The translations under genes were made by a program, and so were the position numbers. A stretch of 64,000 nt of DNA, taken from the NCBI GenBank assembly GCA_038087875.1, contig CM075987.1, positions 18,912,001 to 18,976,000 of the forward strand. The letters are read 5' to 3'. Under the pieces are notes generated by a model. The model was not told the DNA's origin. It made no database searches and saw only the letters and a list, made by a program, of their open reading frames with translations. Numbering within the stretch: the first letter of the stretch is position 1; each line of letters opens with the position of its first letter. Positions 53,001 to 62,540 of the stretch are shown piece after piece. This DNA is from Malacoraja senta. Its lineage: Eukaryota.

Positions 53001-56000
53001 AGGTTGCCCGGCGGTGCTTTGAGTGGTCAGTGGCACCCGGGCAACCTCTAATTTCGAGCCCTGGATAGTCAGCACAGCTTTGTGGGTGGGAAATTGTGAC
53101 TCGCGAATTTGAGATTTTTTAAGTAACTAAGAAGGTTGACAGAGCTGCAGACATAGTCTGCATGGGTTTTAGCAAGATCTTTGATAAGGTTCCAAATGTT
53201 AAGCAATTCTGGAAGGTTAAATCGCATGGATTCCAGGAAGAACTAGCTAATTGGATACATAATTAGCTTGATGGTAGGAAGCAGAGGGTGATGGTGGAAT
53301 ATATATATTTTTGGGGCTGGAAGCCTGTGACTAATAGTGTGCCTCAAGGGTTGATACTGGTACGATTATTGTTTTTCATCTACATCAACGATTTGGATTA
53401 GAATGTGCAAGGCATAGTTAGTAAGTTCCTTGTGGCCTGAACCATCTAAAACTCTCAGCACTTCCACCAAAATTGAAACTTCTAGTCAACATAATAAGTG
53501 ACACTTTGCCTGTATTCTGCTGTACAGGTAGAGCATATAAGAGAATAAGATTCACTAACATCAACCCCAATTATGTATCCAAGAAGCAGATGAACATCAA
53601 ATCATAACAAAGAGGAAAACAGTAACAGTTTCAGTATAATTGTATTGAAATGAAATACATGATTTCAGTATTGTGTCTCCAACAACTACTATTTTCACTT
53701 ACGTACAGAAGCCCATTGAAATAGAGGTACTTCCATGAGAACAGAAATAGGACATCTTCCAATGAAAGATGCACATTCTTACTTATATGTGTACATTCAA
53801 ATCAAATTTTTCAACAATTTATCACTATTGTGGACTGTACTTACAAAGCCCAGATTAATTTTACATTGGGCAAGTTGTTAACACTAAATTCAGGAAAACT
53901 ATGACATAACATAGCGTTAAAGCACAAGAGCGTTGCTATATCTGCTGAAATCAGCTGCAGTTCTCGCATTGCTTGTGTAAGACCACATCAGAGAACATAC
54001 AGAGGAATTGGTGCAAGCTCATCGAACTAAAATAACAAATTGAATCCTTACCACTGTCACCTGCTTGCAAAACCTGCTTATGGAAAGCTGCTTATGCAAT
54101 ATCAACTTTATTATTTGAAATATAAATATATTTGTAACACTATATTCCTTTCTCTATCTGGAGAACCAAGGAGGCGTTTATGTGGCGACTGTTTACATAC
54201 CTTGGGTATGCCAACAAAGAATTTCACTGTGCAGTGTTGTGACAATAAGTATCCAATTCCATTCAACTGCTGTACTGATGCCTGGTATGATTGTACTCAA
54301 GTTTTATATTAATTGCCTGAGAGCATGCAAAACAATTTTCCCACTATATCTTGGTACACATGACTGTAATAAACCTAGACATTTGGGGAAAAAAAGTAAG
54401 AAATGGGATGATGCAATTTTCTTGGCTAAGGATTTGAATTATCAACCTTACCAGAAGTTCATAGCTCTTGATACCAAAATCATGTTGTGAATTTTACAGA
54501 TTGAAAAGCCTAAACCATAAATAATGCATAACACCACTTTAGACTCAAACTTAAAACATAAAGAATACCTAGATGAATAGATTGCCGCATAATACAAAGA
54601 AAATGACTTAAATGCAAAGTCTGCACTGGTAAAAGACATAACATTTCTGATAGTTACATTCTGGGCCATTATTCAAGACATTTGCAAAAGCATTCAAAAT
54701 GCATATAAATTTAAAATTCCAAAAACAGACAACCCTTAATTTAATTCACTAGCATGGACCTAAGAAAAGAGAAATAATAGATAAGCTTTGCTTCCAATTA
54801 GTCAATTAGTAAAACACAACAAACACTCATTTTAACGAACTCCTTTATAATGGATTTTGGTTATAGCGAATGGACCGTGCCGACGCCACCCCTGCCTCAC
54901 ACCACGCATTGGCGCTTAGTTTTAAGGTGACGCAGCACAAAGTGCTGGAGTAACTCAGCAGACCGAATTAGTCTGAAGATGGGTCCCAACATCACCTATC
55001 CATGCTCTAAACAAAGTAGTATGCCTGGCTTGTAGAGATTACATGGATTAGACAGGTTAACACATAGATAGGACAGGTTTAGAGGGATATGGCCAAATGT
55101 AGACAGGTGGGACTAGTGTAGATGGGACATGTTGTCCGGTGTGGGAACGTTGGGCCGAAGGGCCAGTTTCCACGCAGTAAGACCCTATGGCTCTAAGTTT
55201 GCCTCCTCTCTCCAACCTGCTACCTGACCCGCTGAGTTACTCCACCACTTTGTATCCTTTTGTGCATTAATCATCATCTGCAGTTCTTTGTTTCAACTAC
55301 ATACAATAATAACACCCTACTCAGTTATAATGGGAAATCCGCAGTAACGGACCCCCTATTATCCATTATAATGTTTTACTATACACATATTACTCAAAGT
55401 ACCTTTTAAAATAGTCAGAATATTACCTTCACAAAAAAGCTGCACTGATCTGAGATGTACTGTCAAAAATCACATTCAAATATATGTCCAATTTCCTTTG
55501 AACAATAGTCCAAAGCACAAACCACTATCAAAATCTTTAAATGGTGAATGCAGAAATTAATCCATTTCAATATATTTGAACATCTTTGACTAAAAGAGAC
55601 TAACTATTGAGATAGACAAATGTTTCATTCATTGATTTATCACCATTCTTAAGATTAAAACTATAATTGTACATAAGCTAAAGGCGAATGAGACCATTGT
55701 CCAATTAAGTCAACATATGTTCAGAGACGGGACACTGTATCGAGAGCCGAAGACAATAACTCTGCTCTACTACTCAGTTGGACAACTAGCACCTGCAGTT
55801 CCTTGTATCTCTGTGTTATTGCTTCACTGCGAAATCTCTTCAAAGAAGTTCGCTTCCTCTCCCCGACAGGAGTCCTGTGAGATCCTCTCTCACCGCTCCC
55901 CCTCTGTGATTTCTATGCTTGACCATATTCAAAGGTTCAAAAAGGTTCAAAGGTCTGTTTATTGTTACGTGTACCAATTACGTGAAACTCGAACCCAGAC

Positions 56001-58763
56001 TTGTGACAAAAGCCACGTCTCTCCTCAGACTTGCCTTCGCAAAACAACCCCCTTACCCACCTGCATCCATCTATCACATGCCAGGTTTTGCAACATCCCC
56101 ACATCTCTTTCCAGTTATCTCCCCCCTACTCCATCAGCCTGAAGGGTCGTGACCCAAAATGTTGATTGTCTGTTGCCTCAGACAGCATAGCCCGCAGATA
56201 GCACCCCAGGGAGTCACATGAATAGCAATGGTGCTATATGTAAAATAAAGGGAGATCCTAACACTGGTGGGTATAACACTAGTTATATTGAATGTACAAA
56301 CATGCATGTTTTTTCTTTTACATATATTTAATAATAATTCATGTTATTTGTGAAACTAAAAATAAACACGCTCCAGATGCTGCCTGATCCACTGAGTTCC
56401 TCCAGCACATTGCATTTTCCTCAACCTCCCTGTTGTGTTTTAGACATAGACATAGAACAGTTTAGCACAGGTGCCGGCACTTCAGTCCACACTGAACAGT
56501 TAAATTAATCTTCTCTGCTTGCACATGATCCATATCTCTCCATTCCCAGCAGATCCATGTGCTTATCTAAACTCATCTTCAACACCAGTATTGTATCTGC
56601 CTCCATCACCACCCCTGGCAGAGCATTACAGGCCCCCAGTAACTTTGTAAAACAAAAACTTGCCCAGCACATCTCCTTATAGACAGATTGATTGGTGAAA
56701 TAAAGTTTTATAGTTTTACAGCTGTGGTAATCCAAAACGTTCAACAGCAGAGCAAAAGTCTGACATGCAGAACCATGATTGGGACAATCCCAATTTAAAT
56801 GTAGATACAAGGAACTGCTTCCTTTACTTCGGCAACACCAAATGCAGATTAGGTGATTATTTCGCCGAACACTTGCGTGTGTCTGCCAAGGCCTCCAGGA
56901 TCAAACCAGTTGCTAACCATTTTAACTCCCCTTCCCATACTAACCTTTCTGTCCTTGGCCTCCTCCATTGCCAGAGTGAGGTCCTATGCAAATTGGAGGA
57001 ACAGCACCTTGTACTCTGCTTATGTAGCTTACAATCCAATGGTATGAACATTGAATTCTCCAATTTTATGTAACGCCCCCACCATCTCCCTCCTCGGCAC
57101 CCTCCCCACCTTGATGTGCATCCATTATTTCATCCCTCCTTCTCCCCATCTTCACTATCCCATCCCTGGTTCCCCCCTGTCCCCTTCCACTATATCCCTA
57201 TCTCCACATTTCACTCCACTCCTTATCTGATACCCCCCCCCCCAGTTTTCCTCTCCCTACTACAATCAGCCTGAAGAAGGAGGTTCCTGACATAAAATGT
57301 CTGTCTATTACCTCGGCCCGTTGAGTTCTTCCAACACTTTGTTTTTTGGGAACGCTCTGACCTGGTCCCCCTGCTGGTCGAGTATCGCCTTGATTAGAGA
57401 GTACACTGCTGTTCCTTCATCATGACTGGATCTAGATCATAGAACTCTCTCCTCATCAGCACAAAAGAATGTACTTTCATTGGAAGAATTTGCAGCTGTT
57501 TACAGCAGCATCTCACCATCAACATTCCCCTTATCTTCCATCCCTCCAGATTCTCCTGATCACCAACACACCAAGTACATCACTCGGAGCAACTAAGAGT
57601 AAAGACATAATAATCACATGATTTACAAAAAACGCACAAAGTACTGGAGCAAAGCAAGAATTTCATTGTCCTATCAGGGACACATGACAATAAACTCACT
57701 TGACTAGACTTGAGTAACTCAGCAGATCAGTGGAGTAAGTGGACAGTCGACGTCCTCAGCGTCCTGACCTGAAATCTTGTCTGTCCACTCCCTCCACAGA
57801 TGCTGCCTGGTCAGCTGCGTTAATCCACCACTTTTTTTTTTGCATCTGCAATCTCTTCTCTCTCTTAATAGACGGATTGTGAGGCTACGGCATGTTTTGC
57901 TGCTTTAGTGACGTGGAAATCCAAAACATTCATAACACAGATCAAGGCTCACAGTCAGAGCCAGTACCGGGACAATCCCAATGTAACTGGAGACATAAAG
58001 AACTGCAGGGCACACAAAAATGCTGGAGAAACTCAGCGGGTGCAGCAGCTGTAAAGAACTGCAATGCTGGTTTACAAAAAAAGACACAAAGTGCTGGGGT
58101 AACTCAGCGGGCGAGGCAACATCTCAGCATCTGGGTGTCGCTTCGGGTCAGGAGCTTGTAATCAGTCTGAAGAAGGGTCTCTCAGGAGATCATGGATAGG
58201 CGAGGTTTCTTTTCTTCTGAAGAGTCCCGACGCGACACGCCGCCTGTCCAGACATAAAATGCTGGAGTAACTCAGCGGGACTGGCAGCATCTCTGGAGAG
58301 AAAGAATGGGTGACGTTTCGAGTCGAGACCCTACTTCAGAGCCGAAAACCAACATATGCCGTTCCTTCCTACACACGTCGCCTGTCCATGTTCTCCGACA
58401 GATGCCGCCTGATCTGCGGAGACCCGCTGAGTTAGTCGAGCACTTAGTGTGCCCCGAGGTAACGGTGTTAGTTCCCCTGCGGGCCTCACCTCGGACATCG
58501 CGGGCCAGCGCTCTCCAGGTGGGGGCGAAGCTAACACAGTGGCCGCACCAGGACGAGTAGAACTCCACCACCCAGGCGCTGGGCGAGTTGGCCAGCAGCG
58601 CCTTGACCGCCTGGGCCTCCAGGACGACCACCACGTCCTCCCCGCCGTACAGGCTGGCGGCGTGTCCGTGGCGCAGCAGCTGCCCCAGCAGGGTGAGGGT
58701 GGCGACGGTGAGGGCGAGCACAGCACGGGAGCTCGGGCACTTGCCCCGACCCGGCGCCACCAT
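1479..58763 (-). CDS. QSOX2: Sulfhydryl oxidase 2 (quiescin Q6-like 1), complete 12-exon gene, 683 aa: join(complement 58490-58763, 43368-43468, 32030-32078, 27809-27914, 26623-26713, 25826-25971, 23137-23280, 20994-21123, 15795-15917, 13169-13319, 7707-7895, 1479-2026)
   Basis: Exons read by hand with GT/AG ends and matching phases; lengths 274+101+49+106+91+146+144+130+123+151+189+548=2052 nt, open throughout. Thioredoxin WCGHC motif, [17 protein letters not shown] and FFGCRDC motifs, C-terminal CPVC and TM segment [29 protein letters not shown], which resembles QSOX2 more than QSOX1. Confidence 0.95.
2318..4650 (+). mobile_element. Older degenerate CR1 3' fragment split by the minus-strand CR1 (pieces ~2318-2418 and ~4316-4650)
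   Basis: Flanks join as ...AGAGGTGACCTGATAG|AGTACATAAAATAATGAGAGACATAGATAAGGTAGAC..., a CR1 C-terminal [22 protein letters not shown] sequence. Confidence 0.65.
2420..4315 (-). mobile_element. CR1-type LINE, 5'-truncated, with long RT frame
   Basis: [40 protein letters not shown] motifs; (TTTCTATG)n-type 3' tail at ~2420; frameshift near 2790. Confidence 0.93.
6885..7660 (+). mobile_element. Non-autonomous LINE-derived (L2/Rex-Babar-like) interspersed repeat, copy 1
   Basis: Homologous to 60890-61575 (+) and 21560-22380 (-); starts ACCGGGTGGCGC, ends CATACTTGGCTAATAAA + (ATGATT)n tail. Confidence 0.75.
7707..7895 (-). CDS. QSOX2: QSOX2 exon 11 (ERV/ALR CxxC)
   Basis: [39 protein letters not shown]...[20 protein letters not shown]; 189 nt. 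Confidence 0.96.
10180..11145. repeat. Cluster of Penelope-type terminal-repeat copies in both orientations
   Basis: GGAAGGAACTGCAGATGCTGG...GCTGGAGTAACTCAGCGGG.CAGGCAGCATCTCTGGAGAGAAGG...GACGTTTCGGGTCGAGACCCTT consensus and its reverse complement. Confidence 0.75.
12490..13090 (+). mobile_element. Highly degenerate CR1 fragment
   Basis: Remnants of WIEDWLxNRKQRVGI/SGVPQG and CR1 3' end. Confidence 0.5.
13169..13319 (-). CDS. QSOX2: QSOX2 exon 10
   Basis: [44 protein letters not shown]...IIA(G)|GTAAAC; 151 nt. Confidence 0.95.
13668..14112 (-). mobile_element. CR1 3' fragment
   Basis: [42 protein letters not shown]; (TATGACTC)n tail. Confidence 0.85.
14755..14899. mobile_element. Short Penelope-type insertion with inverted repeat and 14-bp TSD
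   Basis: TCAATTGAAAAAGG at 14741 and 14900; ~41-bp perfect inverted arms 14789-14829 / 14859-14899. Confidence 0.8.
15795..15917 (-). CDS. QSOX2: QSOX2 exon 9
   Basis: [53 protein letters not shown]; 123 nt. Confidence 0.95.
20994..21123 (-). CDS. QSOX2: QSOX2 exon 8
   Basis: [56 protein letters not shown]; 130 nt. Confidence 0.95.
21560..22380 (-). mobile_element. Same family, copy 2, retaining an endonuclease remnant
   Basis: Shared 5' part and 3' tail; internal [11 protein letters not shown]...[19 protein letters not shown] resembles LINE AP-endonuclease sequence. Confidence 0.7.
22385..22900 (+). mobile_element. Degenerate L2/Rex-Babar-type RT fragment
   Basis: [11 protein letters not shown]..., THDSV...[18 protein letters not shown] remnants. 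Confidence 0.65.
23137..23280 (-). CDS. QSOX2: QSOX2 exon 7
   Basis: [27 protein letters not shown]...KPWKDND|GTAAGT; 144 nt. Confidence 0.93.
25826..25971 (-). CDS. QSOX2: QSOX2 exon 6
   Basis: [60 protein letters not shown]; 146 nt. Confidence 0.94.
26623..26713 (-). CDS. QSOX2: QSOX2 exon 5
   Basis: CTTTCAG|(S)[36 protein letters not shown]; 91 nt. Confidence 0.93.
27809..27914 (-). CDS. QSOX2: QSOX2 exon 4
   Basis: TTGCAG|(G)[40 protein letters not shown]; 106 nt. Confidence 0.93.
27994..28683. mobile_element. PIF/Harbinger-like MITE (right end eroded)
   Basis: Left GGGCCTGTCCCACTTAGGCGATT; right AATTGCTTAAGTGG is a partial inverted match. Confidence 0.5.
29540..30258 (+). mobile_element. 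Putative non-autonomous Helitron
   Basis: A|TCTATCTATATAATTAAAAG ... GGGTCCCACTTAGTCTAG|T: 5' TC, 3' CTAG, A/T insertion site, no TSD or TIR. Confidence 0.6.
30259..30890 (+). mobile_element. Second related Helitron-like 5' part, truncated by the Tc1 fragment
   Basis: TACATAACTAAAACTCTGATCTTG..CTTCCGGTTTG resembles the start of 29540 element (TATATAATTAAAAGTCTCATCTTG..CTTCCTGTTTG). Confidence 0.45.
30891..31672 (+). mobile_element. Tc1 transposon 3' half (transposase pseudogene)
   Basis: [47 protein letters not shown]; right IR remnant. Confidence 0.9.
32030..32078 (-). CDS. QSOX2: QSOX2 exon 3
   Basis: [22 protein letters not shown](G)|GTATGG; 49 nt. Confidence 0.9.
32902..33062 (+). repeat. 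5' LTR
   Basis: TGTGATG...CACTACA, AATAAA inside; 6 mismatches versus the 3' LTR by manual count. Confidence 0.95.
33065..33082 (+). promoter_or_regulatory. Primer-binding site, tRNA-Ser(GCT)
   Basis: TGGCGACGAGGATGGGAT, 2 nt after the LTR; complementary to the vertebrate tRNA-Ser(GCT) 3' end ...AUCCCAUCCUCGUCGCCA as recalled. Confidence 0.85.
33905..34375 (+). repeat. Degenerate GC-rich tandem array (AGAAAGCCCGGTCG motif) in the LTR element
   Basis: About ten AGCCCGG-containing units. Confidence 0.75.
35028..37136 (+). pseudogene. Chimeric Gag-N / 7-aa repeat / ASPM-like IQ array / TLK2-like coiled-coil reading frame, broken by two TGA stops
   Basis: ORFs 35028-36176, 36198-36446 and 36507-37136 are all in one frame; motifs described in findings. 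Confidence 0.85.
35334..35535 (+). repeat. 21-bp coding minisatellite (QVQKDQG)n, ~9 units
   Basis: GGTCAAGTGCAAAAGGACCAA tandem units. Confidence 0.9.
37389..37549 (+). repeat. 3' LTR
   Basis: Direct repeat of 32902-33062, preceded by purine tract AAACGGGGAGCAG. Confidence 0.95.
37557..38596 (-). pseudogene. Tc1 transposase pseudogene
   Basis: [17 protein letters not shown]..., [33 protein letters not shown]; stops and frameshifts. Confidence 0.9.
38610..41710 (+). mobile_element. Near full-length RTE-X-like LINE (EN + RT pseudogene)
   Basis: [66 protein letters not shown] (38595) / ATATTGATAAACAGC (41711); many stops. Confidence 0.88.
43368..43468 (-). CDS. QSOX2: QSOX2 exon 2
   Basis: TTTTCTGTGCAG|(D)[39 protein letters not shown]; 101 nt. 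Confidence 0.95.
45855..46035. repeat. Penelope-type terminal repeat with intact hammerhead-like core
   Basis: Minus strand 45979-46006 reads CTGAAGAAGGGTCTCGATCCGAAACGTC. Confidence 0.7.
46820..48438 (-). mobile_element. Full-length Tc1 transposon (IR/DR type)
   Basis: TA|CAGTGGCTTGCAAAAGT ... ACTTTTGCAAGCCACTG|TA; ~210-bp TIRs. Confidence 0.95.
47040..48059 (-). pseudogene. Tc1 transposase pseudogene (frameshifted)
   Basis: [15 protein letters not shown]...[41 protein letters not shown]. Confidence 0.92.
48776..51123 (-). mobile_element. L1-clade LINE, 5'-truncated ORF2 + 3' UTR + poly(A)
   Basis: [35 protein letters not shown] zinc knuckle; TSD TTGTGAATGTT at 48765 and 51124; T-run at 48774. 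Confidence 0.92.
51390..52165 (+). repeat. G-rich low-complexity repeat (CAGTACAGGATGGATGGGGG-like units)
   Basis: Recurring GGATG(A/G)ATGGGG units. Confidence 0.65.
52481..52847. repeat. Long GC-rich inverted repeat (~150-bp arms)
   Basis: 52481-52640 versus 52700-52847; additional direct copy at ~52325-52480. Confidence 0.85.
56815..57345 (+). mobile_element. Penelope-like element 3' end: GIY-YIG endonuclease remnant + terminal repeat
   Basis: [44 protein letters not shown]...GMNIEFSNF, then C/T-rich tail and degenerate CTGAAGA core. Confidence 0.8.
57995..58445. repeat. Cluster of Penelope-type terminal-repeat fragments next to QSOX2 exon 1 donor
   Basis: Multiple GCTGGAGTAACTCAGCGGG / CTGAAGAAGGGTCTC units. 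Confidence 0.7.
58490..58763 (-). CDS. QSOX2: QSOX2 coding exon 1 (signal peptide + Trx1 WCGHC)
   Basis: AAG-ATG-G start at 58763; MVAPG...[26 protein letters not shown]; donor G|GTGAGG. Confidence 0.93.
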
Positions 58764-58799
58764 CTTCCCAACGGCCGCCAGCCGCTCGAGCCGCGTCAC

Positions 58800-58965
58800 C
58801 TCTCACCCACGCCGCGGCCTGACGTAACGGGGGAGGGGCGGGGGCGGGGCGGACGTCGCCGGGGGCAACCGCGGCTCCTGTGACGTCACCACTCACCCGC
58901 GCCGCGTCCTGACGTCACGGGGGCGCCGTCGCCGGGGCAACCGCGGCTCCTGTGACGTCACGGGA
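58800..58965 (-). promoter_or_regulatory. QSOX2 CpG-island promoter/5' region with GC boxes, CRE and X-box-like sites
   Basis: Immediately upstream of the ATG in CpG-rich DNA; TGACGTCA at 58881, 58910, 58953, TGACGTAA at 58820; GGGGCGGGG at ~58835-58852; GTCGCC(N2-3)GGCAAC at 58855 and 58928. Confidence 0.75.
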
Positions 58966-59689
58966 GCCTGGATATTTTACGAGAGAAATCTGCAGGAAGG
59001 CACTACAGATGCTGCCTTACACCGAAGATAGACACAAAATGCGGAACAATAAGCGAGTTCGGTATTCAGATTGTGCATGCCCAGGTCACAGGTCAATGTA
59101 GATAAACATTGGATCGAACTGGGTCTCCCGCGCTGCAAGCGCTGTTGAATTGCTACTGGAGTTAGCGACACTAGTTCTCCCTTCTCCACTGGTCTATGCA
59201 GAAGGGTGGCCAGATGTACCCGTCCCTGTCCGGTGGCAACCCCGCACTTGCAGCCGGCGCAGCGGGGTGGGGGGGGGTGGAATAAGCCCCTCACCCGTCC
59301 CTGTCTCCTCTCTCCCGCCATCTATCCCTTTGACCACCGCTCCTTTGCGGGAACCTCTGCTCAGCGATTCCCATCACTGCATCGACTGAGTCTGGAGCTC
59401 CAGGTCTGGGGAGAATTGCACCTGCCCTCCCCCTCCGCTGCTCCGGCGCCGAGGGGGCCAACCGGCAGCCATGGTCACCGGCCAGCGAAGGTCACTCTGT
59501 GACCTGTGACGATGCCGAGGGATTCGGGTCCCACTCACTGTGGGAAGGGCAGGTGTGATTCTCCCCAACACGAAGCTCTAACCTCAGTTGGTGCAGCAAC
59601 GGGAATCGCTGAGCAGCGGTTACCGCAAAGGAATCATGGGATTTGTCAAATGCGTTTTTCGGTATACCGAACTTGCTTATTCAGCAGAA

Positions 59690-60470
59690 CAGGCAGCATC
59701 TCTGAAGAAGAGTCTTGATGTGAAACGTCACCCTTTCCTTCTCTCCAGAGATGCTGCCTGTCCTGCTGAGTTACTCCAGCATTTTGTGTCTATCTAGTTT
59801 GAAAGAAAATGTAACATCTCTCTCCCCCTCCTCATTCAACAACATCCTTTCTGTCCTGGGCCTCCTCCACTCCCAGAATAAGGCCACACATAAACTGGAG
59901 GAACAACACCTCCAAAATGCTAGGGTAGCCGACAACGCAACGGTATGAAAATAGGTGTAGGAAGGAACTGCAGATGCTGGTTTACACCGAAGTTAGACAC
60001 AAAATGCTGGAGTAACTCAGTGGGACAGGCAGCATCTCTGGAGAGAAGGAATGGGTGACGTTTCGGATAGAGACCCTTCTTCGGACTGAGAGTCAGGGAA
60101 GAGGGAAACGAGTTATGGAACCATAGAAACATAGAAAAATATGTGCAAGAGTAGGCCATTTGGCTCTATGAGCCATCACCGCCATTCAATATGACCATGG
60201 CTTATCATCTTAAATCAGTACCCTGTTCGTGCTTTTCCCCCATATCTCTTAATTCCTTTAGTCCAGAAGGGTACAAGTAAAGGACAGATCAAAGCAGACA
60301 AAGATAAAGGAAATGTACGATGGTTCATTGTTGGCTGAAGGGAAGGTGACAACGAGGCAGACAAACAGTAAAATTAATCAGGATGGTGAAACTCGTCAAA
60401 CTTGGGTGGCGGAGGGACAGAGAGAGAGGGAAAGAAGGGTTACTTGAAGTTAGAGCAACTGTGAAAATTC
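59690..60470. repeat. Penelope-type repeats and GIY-YIG remnant, interrupted by a CR1 tail (60118-60265)
   Basis: [22 protein letters not shown] at ~59845-59912; consensus terminal repeats; CATAGAAACATAGAAA CR1 tail. Confidence 0.65.
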
Positions 60471-60889
60471 TACTGGGAAGAACAGCAAAGTGCATCATAC
60501 ACATTAACTTTTTAAAGAAATTGGTGACAGATATCAAAACTTCAAATTAAGTCAGAATTCAATTTTGCCTTTTTAAATGGTGGTATATATTAAATGAGTA
60601 GTTGGTGATGTGTGAACAGAAATTTAAGTGACATGATATGGTACAGCTCAAAAAGTCATCAATGTTTCTTTATACCTGCATTGGGGAAAAGGATTTAAAT
60701 AAGTGATGTTAAAGTTCATTGTGTGTCAGAAGGAACTGCAGATGCTAGTTTAAACCAAAGATAGACACAAAAAGCTGGAGTAATTTAGTGGGACTCTTCA
60801 GAAGGTCTCGACCCGAAACATCACCCATTCCTTCTCTCCAGAGATGCTGCCTGTCCTGCTGAGTTACTCCAGCATTTTGTGTCCATCTT

Positions 60890-61575
60890 ACCGGGTGGCG
60901 CTTCGATGGCAGCCTCGCCTGCAGTCTGTCTGTCCTTTTCATCTTTTTTTTGTTATTTTTAGTGTGTTTAAAAAGTTCTTGTTAATGTTCTCTGATTTGT
61001 TTTATGTGGGGGGTGGGGGAAACTTTTTTTCAATCTCTTACCTTGCCAGAGGTGCGATTGTTTTCCGGATCGTATTTCCAGTCGTTCTGCGGCCTAACAT
61101 TGTGGACTTACCATCGGAGCCGATTGCTTGCCTGGGATCGATGCTCCTACCGCGGCCTGCAGACTTTAACATCAAGGAGCTCATAGTCTCCGGTTGAGAC
61201 TGACATCGGGAAGCTCCAAAAGCCGCACGACTAGCCCCGACCTGAGGTAGATTGCCTGGTGTGGCGGAGCTAAGATTCCCCTCTGATGCAGGAGCTTGAT
61301 TGCTCCAACGAAGAGGCCTACCGCCGGCTACGGGAGTAAGATCGTCCTGTCAACGGAAGGTTGGAAGTCCCTGACCGCTGAAGGACTAAGAAGGGAGAGA
61401 ATGAACTTTTTTTCGCTTTCCATCACAGTGAGGAATGCAGAGGAGCCACTGTGGTGGATGTTCATGTTAAAATGTATTTAGTGTGTTCTATTGCTTTTTA
61501 TTGGTATGACTTTATGGTAAATCAAATTCCTTGTATGTTGCAAAACATACTTGGCTATAAAAGTATGATTATGAT
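60890..61575 (+). mobile_element. Same family, copy 3
   Basis: ACCGGGTGGCGCTTCGATGGCAGCC start, CATACTTGGCTATAAAAGT(ATGATT)2 end. Confidence 0.75.
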
Positions 61576-62249
61576 TGGAGTTCAGAATGATGAAAATCAT
61601 GCTGTGAATTCAACAGTCGTTGAGAAGCCCAAAATTGGAGGGACGCTGTGGGTCAGACCGTATCTGTGAAGGGAAGTATATGGATGATACTTTGCATCAG
61701 GAATCTACTTCAACACTAGTATTGAGCTCAACTACCTACAGTAATTAACTTTCATTCCAATTTCACAAAGGATTAAGGTTGTATGTAAATCAGGTGTTTA
61801 TTATGTATTTACTTTTGTTTGGTTTTACAGAACATGGAACAGTACCACACAGGAACAAGCCCTTCAGCCCATAATGTTTGTGATGAACCTGCCAAGACAA
61901 ACTAATCTCCTCAGCCAGCACACAATCCATGTTCCTCCATTCCAGGCATATCCCATCCAAAACCCTCTGAAATGTTCTACCCTATCTGCTTCCATACCCA
62001 CCCCTGCCAGCATATTCCAGGCACTCACTCAGTTTGACCTCAAGTTTGATATCATCTTGCTTGGCTTTCAAGCAAACTGTTGCCATGTGTCTCTTGATAT
62101 CAAAATTACATCAAAGACTCATTTGAATGTTGTGCTTCCACAATGACAATTATTCCTATTCTTGTTCTTTCCTTTTCTTGAAAATGCCACAGAGCTAGCC
62201 CAGAACATGCTCACACTCTGATCTTTCATTGGGCGATTTCAAAATCCTA

Positions 62250-62540
62250 TGCTTGTTTGACTGCTGCCTTCATTGCAAAGGCAATATCAATTGTTAGTGT
62301 AAAATTCAGTTTCTTCCCATTGAACAGCCTCCTTTGTACTTACATATTCTGGATTCCACAAACAATTTTATCCTGAAATTTATTTTCTATTTGTAAGGTA
62401 CACAATGTTCATCGAGCTGCTAAAATCTGATACAGCATCAGCAATAGCATCATGTGGATGTTGATCTCAGCCTTTTAACACATAGGACACTCAAGCTGGA
62501 ATTTAAAATGTTTTTAATCAGCTTTCAGGTCTCAGCATGT
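62250..62540 (-). pseudogene. Ancient Gypsy gag remnant
   Basis: Minus strand reads DKIVCGIQNM*VQRRLFNGKKLNFTLTIDIAFAMKAA, like Gypsy Gag RDRLVCG..IQRRLL..LTF..A..IA.AMEAA. Confidence 0.5.

Larger units (their letters stand above)
48469..53063. mobile_element. hAT-like non-autonomous DNA transposon with 5-bp TSD
   Basis: GATAG|CAGGGCTC ... GAGCCCTG|GATAG; subterminal GGTTGCC/CCGGGCAA motifs at both ends. Confidence 0.75.
46765..53430 (+). mobile_element. Old CR1 RT fragment split into three pieces (46765-46819, 48439-48468, 53064-53430) by later insertions
   Basis: Pieces join as ...GGGATAAGATATCTATGTA|TTTGGAAAG..ATTAGGGATAG|TCAGCACAGCTTTGTG (RDKIYMYLE..IRDSQHGFV-like), then DFSKxFDKVP, SVPQG, YINDLD. 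Confidence 0.7.

Noticed and set aside
58764..58799. Longer QSOX2 N-terminus from the ORF-track start
   Set aside because: That start is GTG; the ATG at 58763 has a good Kozak context and precedes the signal peptide.
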